Below are positions 49,166-60,179 of a stretch of 64,000 nucleotides of DNA, piece after piece. Below the pieces are notes generated by a model. The model saw only the letters and a program-made list of their open reading frames with translations, was not told the origin of the DNA and did no database searches. Positions within the stretch are counted from its first letter, which is position 1. Each line of letters begins with the position of its first letter. The translations under genes and the position numbers were made by a program. This stretch comes from Clostridia bacterium (GTDB lineage Bacteria; Bacillota; Clostridia; TANB77; CAG-508), in the NCBI GenBank assembly GCA_900752335.1, contig CAADUZ010000016.1, positions 931 through 64,930 on the forward strand, written 5' to 3'.

Positions 49166-50167
49166 GTGGATAATAGAAAGAAAAAAATATTACAAGCAAT
49201 AATTGAAGAATATATAAATACAGCAGAGACTGTAAGTTCTGGTAGCATAGTAAAGAGGTATGGATTAGATTTAAGTAGTGCTACTATTAGAAACGAGATG
49301 GCAGAACTAGAAAAAGTAGGATATATAGAAAAAACGCATACTTCTAGTGGTAGAGTTCCATCAGCAAAAGGCTATAGATTATATGTAGACGAGTTATTAA
49401 ATGACCAGAATATAAATTTAGCAGAGATAAAGTATATTCAGTCTAAATTAAATGCTAAAATCAATGAAATTGAAGATTTAACTAAAATAACTACAAGCAC
49501 TATATCTGAAGTAACACATTATACTACAGTAGCAATAGGGCCAAAGGCACAAATACAAAATATACAGGAAATAAAATTTGTATTATTGGGAACAAGAATG
49601 CTAATGGCTGTTCTATTAACAGAAGATGGGCTTATCAAAGAAACAATTATAAAATTTGACCAAGATATTACAGAAGAACAAGTTGAAACTTTGAACTATA
49701 TTTTTAATAATAAATTAAGAGGAAAACCACTTGATTCAATAGATAAACCTTTAGAAGAATATATTTTTTCACACATGAATTATAGCTTGGGTGTAATAAA
49801 ACCAATTATGGAACAATTAAATAAAGTAGTAAATGAAGAAGAAAAAATATATTTAGAAGGTGCAAATAAAGCATTTGAATTGCCAGAGTTTAAGAGCTTG
49901 GAGATAGCCAAAAACTTTATAAATATAATCGACCAAAAAGAAATAATGGCAGATTTATTAAACACAGGTTTTGCAAATGACATAAATGTATATATTGGCG
50001 ACGAGAATGAGAACGAAAAATTAAAAGACTTTAGTATAGTTACATTTAGGCATAGATATAAAAATAAAGATTTAGGAACTATAGGAATTATAGGACCAAC
50101 AAGAATGGATTATTCAAAGGTAATTTCAGTAATGAAATATATTAATAAAAAACTCAATGGAAAGTAA
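49166..50167 (+). CDS. hrcA: heat-inducible transcription repressor HrcA
   Basis: GTG at 49166 lies 7 nt after AAGAAGG. Sequence contains RKKKILQAIIEEYI.TAE.VSSGSIVK...L..SSATIRNEMAELEK.GY.EKTHTSSGRVPS. Confidence 0.9.
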   Translation: MDNRKKKILQAIIEEYINTAETVSSGSIVKRYGLDLSSATIRNEMAELEKVGYIEKTHTSSGRVPSAKGYRLYVDELLNDQNINLAEIKYIQSKLNAKINEIEDLTKITTSTISEVTHYTTVAIGPKAQIQNIQEIKFVLLGTRMLMAVLLTEDGLIKETIIKFDQDITEEQVETLNYIFNNKLRGKPLDSIDKPLEEYIFSHMNYSLGVIKPIMEQLNKVVNEEEKIYLEGANKAFELPEFKSLEIAKNFINIIDQKEIMADLLNTGFANDINVYIGDENENEKLKDFSIVTFRHRYKNKDLGTIGIIGPTRMDYSKVISVMKYINKKLNGK

Positions 50168-50180
50168 ATGGAGGTAAAAG

Positions 50181-50693
50181 ATGGATAAGGAAGAAATAAA
50201 TGACAAGGTTAAAGAGGAAAAAAATCAAAAGGCTGACGAAATTATAGAACTAAAAAAGCAGATAGAAAGCCAAAAAGTTCAAATAGACGAAACAGAGGAT
50301 AGGCTAAAAAGAGTAGCAGCAGAATTTGACAATTACAAAAAGAGAAATACAAAAGAGAGAGATGGAATGTATAATTCATTAGTTGCTGATATAATTTCTA
50401 ATTTCTTACCAGTAATAGATAATCTAGAAAAAGCAGTAGCAACAGAAACAAAGGATGAAGAATATAAAAAAGGAATAGAATTAGTACTAAAACAATTTAA
50501 AGACGTTTTAACCGCAAGAGGAATAGTAGAAATAGAAGCGGTAGGAAATACTTTTGATCCAGAACTTCATGAAGCTGTAAGCAGCGTACAAGATGAAACA
50601 AAGGGTGAAAAAGAAATAGTACAAGAATATAGAAAAGGCTACAAAATAGGAGATAGAGTTATTCGTCATTCTATGGTAGTTGTTGCAAATTAG
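50181..50693 (+). CDS. grpE: nucleotide exchange factor GrpE
   Basis: Coiled-coil N-terminus, RV.AEFDNYKKR, and the C-terminal F.P..HEA...GY..GDRVIR.S.V.V. Confidence 0.95.
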   Translation: MDKEEINDKVKEEKNQKADEIIELKKQIESQKVQIDETEDRLKRVAAEFDNYKKRNTKERDGMYNSLVADIISNFLPVIDNLEKAVATETKDEEYKKGIELVLKQFKDVLTARGIVEIEAVGNTFDPELHEAVSSVQDETKGEKEIVQEYRKGYKIGDRVIRHSMVVVAN

Positions 50694-50787
50694 TTTTTAA
50701 TTTTATATAAGTAAATAGGGGCGAGAGGTTGCTTATATATTTTATATAGATTTAATTTAAAAATATAAATATTCGCCAAAAGTTTAA

Positions 50788-52686
<1,899 letters not shown>

Positions 52687-52701
52687 TAGGAGAATAAATA
52701 A

Positions 52702-53871
52702 ATGGCAAATAAAGATTATTATGCAATACTGGGTGTAGAAAAAAATGCAAGCGAAGAAGAATTAAAAAAAGCATATAGAAAACTTGCAAAAAAGTATCAC
52801 CCAGATGCAAATCCAGATAATAAAAAAGAAGCCGAAGCAAAATTTAAAGAAGTTAATGAAGCTTATGAAGTATTATCAAATCCAGAAAAAAGAAAAATGT
52901 ATGATAGATTTGGAACAGCAGATCCAAACCAAGGATTTGGAGGTGCCGGTGGACCTTTTGGCGGAGGAAATGGATATTATTCATATTCGTCAACAGGAGG
53001 CTTTGATGGATTTGATGGATTTGGAGATTTAGGAGATATATTTTCTTCGTTCTTTAGCGGAGGCTTTGGCGGAAGAAGTAATAGAAATAATAATGGACCA
53101 AAGCAAGGTGCAGATTTAAGAGCCAATTTGGATATTACTTTTGAAGAGTCTTTTCTAGGAACAGAGAAGCAAATTACTTTAACAAGAAATGAAACGTGTC
53201 AAACTTGTCATGGGGAAGGTGCAAAACCTGGAACTAAAAAACAAACCTGTTCAATGTGCCATGGAACGGGTCAAATAAGGCAAACTCAAACAACAATATT
53301 AGGACAAATGCAGACTGTAAGACCATGTACAAATTGTAACGGAACAGGAGAAATTATCCCAGAACCTTGTATAGAGTGTAAAGGAAAAGGAATTGTTAGA
53401 AAGCAAGTAAAAGTTTCTGTAAAAATTCCAGCAGGAATAGACGAAAATCAAACTATTGTACTTCGTGGGGAAGGCGAACCAGGAATAAAGGGTGGAGCAA
53501 AAGGCGACCTTTATATAACAATACATGTAAAAAGACATAGTATTTTTACAAGAAAAGGACAGGACGTACTTTGCGAAGTACCAATAACTTTTACGCAAGC
53601 AACATTAGGTGCTGATTTGGAAATACCAATGGTTGATGGAAGTAAAGAAACGTATAGAATACCGGATGGAACACAACCGGGAACTAAATTTACAATAAGA
53701 GGAAAAGGCTTTAAAAATATAAATAATGGTTCACAGGGAAATTTAGTATTTACTGTGTTAGTGCAAGTACCAAAAAGACTTACAAAGGAACAAAGAGATT
53801 TGATGGTAGAGCTTGCTAAAACAATGAATGAACAGCCACCTGTAAAGAAGAGAGGAATTTTTGGGATATAG
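52702..53871 (+). CDS. dnaJ: molecular chaperone DnaJ
   Basis: J domain with HPD ([10 protein letters not shown]), a G/F-rich region and four CxxCxGxG zinc motifs. Confidence 0.95.
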   Translation: MANKDYYAILGVEKNASEEELKKAYRKLAKKYHPDANPDNKKEAEAKFKEVNEAYEVLSNPEKRKMYDRFGTADPNQGFGGAGGPFGGGNGYYSYSSTGGFDGFDGFGDLGDIFSSFFSGGFGGRSNRNNNGPKQGADLRANLDITFEESFLGTEKQITLTRNETCQTCHGEGAKPGTKKQTCSMCHGTGQIRQTQTTILGQMQTVRPCTNCNGTGEIIPEPCIECKGKGIVRKQVKVSVKIPAGIDENQTIVLRGEGEPGIKGGAKGDLYITIHVKRHSIFTRKGQDVLCEVPITFTQATLGADLEIPMVDGSKETYRIPDGTQPGTKFTIRGKGFKNINNGSQGNLVFTVLVQVPKRLTKEQRDLMVELAKTMNEQPPVKKRGIFGI

Positions 53872-53958
53872 TTTGTAAAAAATGTAGAAAAAAGTCATTT
53901 TATTGCATATTATGTACTAGGTAGTATTTTTAAATATTATCTAGGAGGTGTAAAGCAC

Positions 53959-54225
53959 ATGTCACAAGATAAATGCTGTAAAGACAATAAATGTTGTGTA
54001 GATATAATAATATGTATATTAACTTCTTTAGTAACATTTGTTATAGGACTTTTAATTGGTGGATTAACTGGAATTATAACTGCATTAGGAATAGGAGCAA
54101 TAATTGCTATTTTATCTCTACTTGTAATTTTATTAATAATAAGAATTATTAGTTTAATTTGTTGTAAAGATAAAAAGAAAGATAACTGTTGCTGCAATTA
54201 TAATGACTATGATAAATATTGCTAA
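53959..54225 (+). CDS. small Cys-rich membrane protein of unknown function
   Basis: AGGAGGTG RBS. The 88-aa protein has CCKDNKCC at the N-terminus, about 55 hydrophobic residues (two predicted TM segments) and CCKDKKKDNCCCNYNDYDKYC at the C-terminus. Confidence 0.5.
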   Translation: MSQDKCCKDNKCCVDIIICILTSLVTFVIGLLIGGLTGIITALGIGAIIAILSLLVILLIIRIISLICCKDKKKDNCCCNYNDYDKYC

Positions 54226-54260
54226 ACTCAAAGATTAATATATAATAATTAAACAATAAC

Positions 54261-54311
54261 AAAAAAGAATTTGAAGAAAGTATTTATATATTTTCATTCA
54301 AATTCTTTTTT
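54261..54311. terminator. bidirectional terminator
   Basis: AAAAAAGAATTTGAA (54261-54275) pairs with TTCAAATTCTTTTTT (54297-54311). Confidence 0.7.
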
Positions 54312-54347
54312 CTTAAATACTTAAATTTAATTTGAAAATTAGTTTAA

Positions 54348-55076
54348 CTAATCTATTTCTAATATTTTCTTTGCTCTTGCTACGTCTTCAGTAGTAGCAT
54401 TGGGAATGTCCTCTAATTCATAATTACAACCGAGGTTTTCCCATTTAAATCTTCCTAAATCATGATATGCAAGGATTTCTACTTTTTCAATATTTTGTAA
54501 TGTAGATAAAAAATCCTTTAAAGTAAGTAAATCCTCTTCGTGGTCTGTAATTCCAGGAACTAGTACTTGCCTAATCCATGCAGGCTTCTTTATACTACTT
54601 AAATATTTAGCAAATTCAAGTTCTAATTTATTAGAAACACCTACTAAATCTTTACAAATATCGTCATTAATACATTTTATATCTAGCAAGAATAGGTCAG
54701 CTAAATCAATTATCTTTGCTATTTTTTCTGTAATTGGGAAATTACCAGAAGTATCTATGGCTGTATGAATTCCTAGTTTTTTTAGCTGTGGTAACAATTC
54801 AAGTAAAAAATCTTGCTGTAAAAGTGGCTCTCCACCTGAAAGTGTAACCCCTCCGCCAGATACAGTAAAGTAGTTTTTGTACCTAGAAATTTTAGAAATT
54901 AATTCATGAGAGGTATATTCCATACCAGCATTCATAGCCCAAGTATCTCTGTTGTGACAATACTTACAACGAAGAGCGCATCCTTGAAAAAATACTACAA
55001 ATCTAATTCCAGGCCCATCAACGGCACCAAAAGATTCAAATGAATGTATTTTACCTGTTATACTGTTATCAGCCAT
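54348..55076 (-). CDS. pflA: pyruvate formate-lyase activating enzyme (radical SAM)
   Basis: Sequence contains ESFGAVDGPGIRFVVFFQGCALRCKYCHN (CxxxCxxC). Confidence 0.92.
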   Translation of the reverse strand: MADNSITGKIHSFESFGAVDGPGIRFVVFFQGCALRCKYCHNRDTWAMNAGMEYTSHELISKISRYKNYFTVSGGGVTLSGGEPLLQQDFLLELLPQLKKLGIHTAIDTSGNFPITEKIAKIIDLADLFLLDIKCINDDICKDLVGVSNKLELEFAKYLSSIKKPAWIRQVLVPGITDHEEDLLTLKDFLSTLQNIEKVEILAYHDLGRFKWENLGCNYELEDIPNATTEDVARAKKILEID

Positions 55077-55089
55077 TTTAACCTCCTAT

Positions 55090-55149
55090 GGAACAAGGGG
55101 ACGTATATCTTGTTTCAAAAATGGAACAAAATGTGTGTCCCCTTGTTTC
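55090..55149. repeat. REPIN-like palindromic doublet, copy 3 (diverged left unit)
   Basis: GGAACAAGGGGACGTATATCTTGTTTC-aaaaat-GGAACAAAATGTGTGTCCCCTTGTTTC, in the pflB-pflA spacer. Confidence 0.8.
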
Positions 55150-55153
55150 AGTT

Positions 55154-57397
55154 CTAAATTCTTTCATGTATTGTTCTATTTATTACGTCTAATTGTTGTT
55201 CTTTTGTTAGTTTTATAAAGTTTACTGCATATCCAGATACACGTATTGTAAGTTGTGGGTAGTTTTCTGGATGGTTCATTGCATCTATTAATAAGTCTCT
55301 ATTAAATACGTTTACGTTTATATGATGACCTGTTTGTTTGAAATATCCATCAAGCATGCTTACTAAATTATGAACTTTAGTATTTTCATCTTTTCCAAGT
55401 GCAGCAGGTGTGATAGAGAATGTAAATGAAATTCCATCTTCTGAATATTCATATGGTAATTTCGCTATAGTGTTCATTACCGCTAATGCTCCGTTCGAAT
55501 CTCTTCCATGAAGTGGGTTTGCACCTGGTCCAAATGGTTCACCAGCTCTACGTCCATCAGGTGTATTACCTGTATTTTTTCCGTACACTACATTTGAGGT
55601 AATTGTAAGTATTGATAATGTGTGTTTTGAACCTCTATATGTGTGGTGTTTTTGAAGTTTTCTTAAGAAAGATTTTACAATGTCTACAGCTATTTGATCT
55701 ACACGGTCGTCGTCATTTCCGTACTTTGGAAAATCTCCTTCTACTTCATAATCTACAGCTAAACCAGTTTCATCTCTTATAACTTTTACTTTAGCATATT
55801 TTATCGCAGAAAGTGAATCAGCTGCTACTGATAAACCAGCAATACCACATGCCATAGTTCTTAATATGTCTTCATCTCTATCATGTAAAGCCATTTCTAA
55901 TGCTTCGTAAGAGTATTTATCATGCATAAAGTGGATTGCATTTAATGCTTTTATATATATTTTTGCTACATATTCCATCATTTGGTCAAATTTTTCCATT
56001 ACTTCGTCATAGTCTAGATACTCTGAAGTAATTGGTGCAAATTTTGGTGCAACTTGTTTTCCTGAATTTTCATCTCTACCGCCATTAATAGCATATAGAA
56101 GTGTTTTTGCAAGGTTTGCTCTAGCTCCAAAGAATTGCATTTGTTTACCAATTTTCATTGCAGATACACAGCAAGCTATTCCATAGTCATCTCCAAGTGT
56201 AATTCTCATTAAATCGTCATTTTCGTATTGAATTGCTGAAGTTCTAATAGAAACATCTGCACAATAATTTTTGAAACCTTGTGGTAAGTTGTTTGACCAT
56301 AATACTGTTAGGTTTGGTTCAGGTGCTGGTCCTAAATTATCTAATGTGTGAAGCACTCTGAATGAGTTTTTAGTAACTAATGTTCTGCCATCAATACCCA
56401 TACCACCAATACTTTCTGTTACCCAAACTGGGTCACCACTAAATAGTGAGTTATATTCTGGTGCTCTTAAAAATCTTACTAATCTTAATTTTATAATAAA
56501 TTGGTCCATTAATTCTTGGGCTTGCGACTCTGTTAAAGTACCATTTTGAATATCTCTTTCTATATATATATCTAGGAAAGTAGAAGTTCTACCTAAACTC
56601 ATTGCAGCACCGTTTTGGTCTTTTACAGCACCTAAATATCCAAAGTATAGCCATTGAATAGCTTCTTTAGCATTTGAAGCAGGAAGAGATATATCAAATC
56701 CATATTTTGCGGCCATTGCTTTTAAATCATTTAAAGCCTTTATTTGGTCTGAAACTTCTTCACGTCTTCTTATTATATCTTCTGTAAATTCGTCTGTATC
56801 TAATATTTCTAATTCTACTTTCTTTTCTGCAATTAAGCTATCAACACCATAAAGGGCAACTCTTCTATAATCACCTATAATTCTTCCACGACCATATCCA
56901 TCTGGAAGTCCTGTTAAAAGGTGAGAGCTTCTTGCAGCTCTAATGTCTGGTGTGTAAACTTCAAATACACCATCATTATGTGTTTTTCTTAAATTATGAT
57001 AAATATATTCTGTTTCTGGCTCTACTTTAAATCCATAAGCTTCTGCTGATTTTTCTACTATTCTAATACCACCATTTGGCATAATTGCTCTTTTTAAAGG
57101 GGCATCTGTTTGAAGACCTACTATTTCTTCCAAATTTTTATCTATATATCCAGCTTCATAAGCATTTATAGAAGAAGGTGTTTTACAATCTGCATCTAAA
57201 ACTCCGCCGTTTTCTCTTTCCTTTTTATAAAGGTCTAGTACCTTGTCCCATAATTTTTTTGTTTTATCTGTAGGACCTGCAAGAAATTTAGAATCTCCTT
57301 CATAAGGTGTATAGTTAGACTGTATAAATCCTCTAACGTCTATTTCTTTTGTCCATTCTCCGGCTTTATTGAAGCCATCCCATTCTTTAAAATCCAT
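55154..57397 (-). CDS. pflB: formate C-acetyltransferase (pyruvate formate-lyase)
   Basis: Glycyl-radical motif RVSGYAV and active-site context ACCVS. On the minus strand GGAGG lies 5 nt before the second ATG (57397), which is therefore preferred over 57409. Confidence 0.95.
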   Translation of the reverse strand: MDFKEWDGFNKAGEWTKEIDVRGFIQSNYTPYEGDSKFLAGPTDKTKKLWDKVLDLYKKERENGGVLDADCKTPSSINAYEAGYIDKNLEEIVGLQTDAPLKRAIMPNGGIRIVEKSAEAYGFKVEPETEYIYHNLRKTHNDGVFEVYTPDIRAARSSHLLTGLPDGYGRGRIIGDYRRVALYGVDSLIAEKKVELEILDTDEFTEDIIRRREEVSDQIKALNDLKAMAAKYGFDISLPASNAKEAIQWLYFGYLGAVKDQNGAAMSLGRTSTFLDIYIERDIQNGTLTESQAQELMDQFIIKLRLVRFLRAPEYNSLFSGDPVWVTESIGGMGIDGRTLVTKNSFRVLHTLDNLGPAPEPNLTVLWSNNLPQGFKNYCADVSIRTSAIQYENDDLMRITLGDDYGIACCVSAMKIGKQMQFFGARANLAKTLLYAINGGRDENSGKQVAPKFAPITSEYLDYDEVMEKFDQMMEYVAKIYIKALNAIHFMHDKYSYEALEMALHDRDEDILRTMACGIAGLSVAADSLSAIKYAKVKVIRDETGLAVDYEVEGDFPKYGNDDDRVDQIAVDIVKSFLRKLQKHHTYRGSKHTLSILTITSNVVYGKNTGNTPDGRRAGEPFGPGANPLHGRDSNGALAVMNTIAKLPYEYSEDGISFTFSITPAALGKDENTKVHNLVSMLDGYFKQTGHHINVNVFNRDLLIDAMNHPENYPQLTIRVSGYAVNFIKLTKEQQLDVINRTIHERI

Positions 57398-57518
57398 AAA
57401 AACCTCCATATTCTAACAATAAATTATTGTTTATATTTATATTTTGTATGAAACTTTTCTCAAAGTTTCGCACATATAAGCATATCATAAAAATAGACTA
57501 ATATCAACTAAAAAATAC

Positions 57519-57718
57519 AAAAAAATTGCCGATAATGTTACAAGAATATGAACCTTTAAATATTGCTTGTCCTGCATATGGTAGTTTTAATTAAAATACT
57601 TTCGCTTCGTCCCGACGGAGCTCCCTGCTCCGCTCAAGTTATTTTAATTAAAACTACCAGCACGGACTTTAAATTTAGTTATAGTTCATATTCTTGTAAC
57701 ATTATTGGCAATTTTTTT
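57519..57718. repeat. 200-bp nested palindrome (MITE-like element or large structured RNA)
   Basis: The 35-nt outer arms are 57519-57553 and 57684-57718, with one mismatch. The 19-nt inner arms, GGTAGTTTTAATTAAAATA (57580-57598) and 57640-57658, pair perfectly. The 34-nt core is GC-rich (57602-57635). Confidence 0.6.
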
Positions 57719-57736
57719 ATAAATATTCCTATATAA

Positions 57737-58060
57737 TTAATCTTCATTAATAACTTTTGCAATTTTATAAATTAATTTTTGTTTTTCAGGTGTTGTATTT
57801 TTCAATATATTATCAAATTCTGAAGATAGATAGGTATTAGAATTATTAGAAGAACCATTAAGAATACTTCCTTCGGTAATTCCTAAAATATCACAAATTT
57901 GACTTAATCTTTTTAAACTAATATGAGAGCTTCCTCTTTCTATTCTACTTAAGAATGCTATGGAAACGTCTAGTTTTTCTGCTAATTTTTCCTGTGTTAA
58001 GTTACTATCTATTCTAGCTTTTTTTAATCTTTCTCCAATTATAGTATAATCCAATGCCAT
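57737..58060 (-). CDS. XRE-family HTH transcriptional regulator
   Basis: The sequence IGERLKKARIDSNLTQEKLAEKLDVSIAFLSRIERG is a typical Cro/C1 HTH. Confidence 0.8.
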   Translation of the reverse strand: MALDYTIIGERLKKARIDSNLTQEKLAEKLDVSIAFLSRIERGSSHISLKRLSQICDILGITEGSILNGSSNNSNTYLSSEFDNILKNTTPEKQKLIYKIAKVINED

Positions 58061-58231
58061 TTATATATCACCTCTTCCTAAATCTGAAATGAATATAGCA
58101 TGTATACGAATTAATTTACAGAAACATAGAGGTAAAGATATACATGCTAGCGTTATACTATTAGTATGTGCATCTAATTTAATAATATGTATAAATAGAC
58201 AAAATAAAATGTAAATGATATACTAAAAAGG

Positions 58232-58831
58232 GTGAAAAGCATGATAGATATTGAAAATATAAAGAAAGATATGAAAACAAAAGTTATTGGTAAAAATATA
58301 TTGTTTTTTGATGAAGTGAATTCAACACAAGTCAAGGCAAAAGAGTTTGCAGAAGGAAAAGCAGAAAATGGCACAATAGTTATAACAGAAAATCAAACTA
58401 ATGGAATAGGAACTCATGGAAGAAATTGGTATTCTGAAAAAGGAAAAAATATAACTTTAACTATGATATTGTATCCTAAATGTACAATTAAAGAATTAGA
58501 TGGTTTGACTAAAGAAATATCAGAATGTATGATACAAGCCATATGGAATATATGCAATATACAAGCAAATATGAAAGAGCCAAATGATATTATGCTAAAT
58601 AATAAAAAAATCGGAGGAATATTAACACAAATAATTTCTAATGGAGAAAACATTAGATATTTATTAATAGGAATAGGAATTGACGTTAATGGTATAGATT
58701 TCCCAAAAGAGTTAGAAGAAATTGCTACTTCACTAAAAAAAGAAAATAAAAAAGAATATTCCAGAGAAAATATTATTTTAGAATTTTGTAAAATATTCGA
58801 AAAAAGTTGTATAGAAAAGAAAATCATATAA
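58232..58831 (+). CDS. birA: biotin--protein ligase (class I, no HTH; short C-terminus)
   Basis: Sequence contains FFDEVNSTQ, TENQTNGIGTHGRNWYS (equivalent of GRGRxGRxW) and KEPNDIMLNNKKIGGIL. The start could be GTG at 58232 or ATG at 58241. Confidence 0.72.
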   Translation: MKSMIDIENIKKDMKTKVIGKNILFFDEVNSTQVKAKEFAEGKAENGTIVITENQTNGIGTHGRNWYSEKGKNITLTMILYPKCTIKELDGLTKEISECMIQAIWNICNIQANMKEPNDIMLNNKKIGGILTQIISNGENIRYLLIGIGIDVNGIDFPKELEEIATSLKKENKKEYSRENIILEFCKIFEKSCIEKKII

Positions 58832-58942
58832 ATATGACGAAATTTGCACAATAATGCTAATTTTTGTCGAAATTTTTTGCTTGAAACTATTACTCTTATG
58901 TGGTACAATTTTACCTATACAAAACAGAAGGAGGTGAAGAAT

Positions 58943-59392
58943 ATGGAAGAAAAAATAATTGAAATTATGCAAAAGAATTTTAATATTATGAACGAAAAAT
59001 TCCAAGAGATGAATCAAAGATTTGAAGAAATAAATGAAAGATTCGAAGAAGTAAATGAAAGATTTGAAGAAGTAAATCAAAGATTCGACAAAATGGATAG
59101 TAAGTTTGAGAGCAAAATAGATACATTAGATAAGAAAATAGATGCATTAGATAAGAAATTTGACTTCAAATTTGAATTTATTCAGAAAGAATTAAAACAA
59201 ATCAAAGAGAAACTTGTTGAACATGACAAAAAATTTGAGGACTATGGAATGAATAAAATTCCTGCATTATTTGAAGGGTATCAAACAAATTATGAGCTAT
59301 GTAAAAAACTTCAGGAAAAGACAGATAAAATGCAAGAACAAGTTAATATTAATTCATTAAAAATTTCTATCTTGGAAGATAAGATAAGTTAA
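58943..59392 (+). CDS. coiled-coil protein with tandem heptad repeats
   Basis: AAGGAGGTG lies before ATG at 58943. It has five tandem 7-aa units N(E/Q)(K/R)F(Q/E/D)(E/K)(M/I/V), followed by two KID(T/A)LDK units. Confidence 0.55.
   Translation: MEEKIIEIMQKNFNIMNEKFQEMNQRFEEINERFEEVNERFEEVNQRFDKMDSKFESKIDTLDKKIDALDKKFDFKFEFIQKELKQIKEKLVEHDKKFEDYGMNKIPALFEGYQTNYELCKKLQEKTDKMQEQVNINSLKISILEDKIS
58991..59095 (+). repeat. 5 x 21-bp in-frame tandem repeat
   Basis: The units start at 58991, 59012, 59033, 59054 and 59075, for example aatgaaagattcgaagaagta and aatgaaagatttgaagaagta. Confidence 0.85.
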
Positions 59393-59420
59393 TTTGTCTT
59401 TCATAAAATTAAAATAACTA

Positions 59421-59488
59421 AAACTAAAATGGAGTTTATGTATGTAATCTAAATAAATAGATTATATTCACAAACTCCATTTTAGTTT
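59421..59488. terminator. bidirectional terminator with a 17-bp stem
   Basis: AAACTAAAATGGAGTTT (59421-59437) pairs with AAACTCCATTTTAGTTT (59472-59488), between convergent genes. Confidence 0.7.
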
Positions 59489-59505
59489 AATTTTCTAAAA
59501 AACAA

Positions 59506-60039
59506 TTAATAATTTTCAGCGTTTACTTCAAAATAGCTTTGAGCATGTTTACATACTGGGCAAATTGTAGGTGCTTCTAATCCAACATGGATATGTCCGC
59601 AGTTTCTACATTTCCAAACAACAATGCTTCCTTTTTTGAATACTTCGCCTTCTTTAACATTTTCTAATAATTTTTTGTATCTTTCTTCATGATGCTTTTC
59701 AACTTCTGCAATACCTCTAAAAGTTGCAGCTATCTCTAAAAATCCTTCTTCTTCAGCTTCTTTTGCGAATTTTGGATACATATCAGACCATTCGTAGTTT
59801 TCACCAGCTGCAGCATCTGCTAAATTTGATTTTGTATCTCCAATTCCATTTAAATATTTAAAATGTAACTTAGCATGTTCTTTTTCATTTTCAGCAGTTT
59901 CTAAAAATATAGCTGCAATTTGCTCATATCCTTCTTTTTTTGCAACACTTGCAAAATATGTATATTTATTTCTTGCTTCTGATTCTCCAGAAAAAGCAGC
60001 TCTTAAATTAGCTTCTGTTTTTGATCCTTTTAATTCCAT
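59506..60039 (-). CDS. rbr: rubrerythrin
   Basis: N-terminal diiron ferritin-like domain ([19 protein letters not shown]) and C-terminal rubredoxin CRNCG...CPVC. Confidence 0.9.
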   Translation of the reverse strand: MELKGSKTEANLRAAFSGESEARNKYTYFASVAKKEGYEQIAAIFLETAENEKEHAKLHFKYLNGIGDTKSNLADAAAGENYEWSDMYPKFAKEAEEEGFLEIAATFRGIAEVEKHHEERYKKLLENVKEGEVFKKGSIVVWKCRNCGHIHVGLEAPTICPVCKHAQSYFEVNAENY

Positions 60040-60179
60040 AAATAATACCTCCTAAAATCTATTTAATACAGCTAATATAATATTATATAAAGTAAAAAAA
60101 GTCAAGGTATCAAATGGACATTAGCAATTACATAATTAGTCACATATAATAAAGTATACAAAATAATCAGGAGGAAAAT

